A DNA stretch of 6,337 bases, taken from positions 1-6,337 of IMG/VR virus record IMGVR_UViG_2711768060_000007, one strand, 5' to 3'. Position 1 is the stretch's first letter. Each line of letters begins with the position of its first letter. This document shows, piece after piece, positions 6,269 to 6,337 of the stretch. Made by a program: the position numbers and the translations under genes. The DNA is from a virus. Lineage: Duplodnaviria; Heunggongvirae; Uroviricota; Caudoviricetes. The notes under the pieces were generated by a model that saw only the letters and a list, made by a program, of their open reading frames with translations, ran no database searches and was not told the DNA's origin.

Positions 6269-6337
6269 TTTTTATCTCCTCGAGTCGAATCGTTTCCTGA
6301 GTTTCGTTATTCACCCCGACAAGCGTCAGCCAGGCGC

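Noticed and set aside
6307-6337. Possible 3' end of an upstream W-like baseplate gene on the minus strand (..RLADACRGE then TAA at 6309..6307)
   Set aside because: Only about 10 codons are inside the window, which is too little to support a call.

Overview
The window is a minus-strand block of P2-like (Peduovirus-type) myophage tail genes, most likely from an enterobacterial prophage. Reading 5' to 3' on the minus strand: baseplate J homolog (5576..6268), baseplate I homolog (2459..5476), a small unknown ORF (2241..2456), tail fiber H homolog in two frame-shifted pieces (1372..2259 and 830..1303), tail fiber assembly G homolog (285..827), an intrinsic terminator (244..265), and the start of a sheath-like gene (1..230). 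The standout is the I homolog: it is 1005 codons instead of about 180, with the gpI domain fused to an Ig-like domain and about 22 BspA-type leucine-rich repeats. J and H each lose frame at a short G run, which could be sequencing error or real decay. A small coupled ORF sits between I and H where P2 has none. GC content is mosaic, with a low-GC fiber tip and assembly module beside the GC-rich repeat gene. No rRNA, tRNA, CRISPR, integrase or transposase was seen. All family assignments come from reading the translations and from memory of P2 proteins; nothing was searched against a database.
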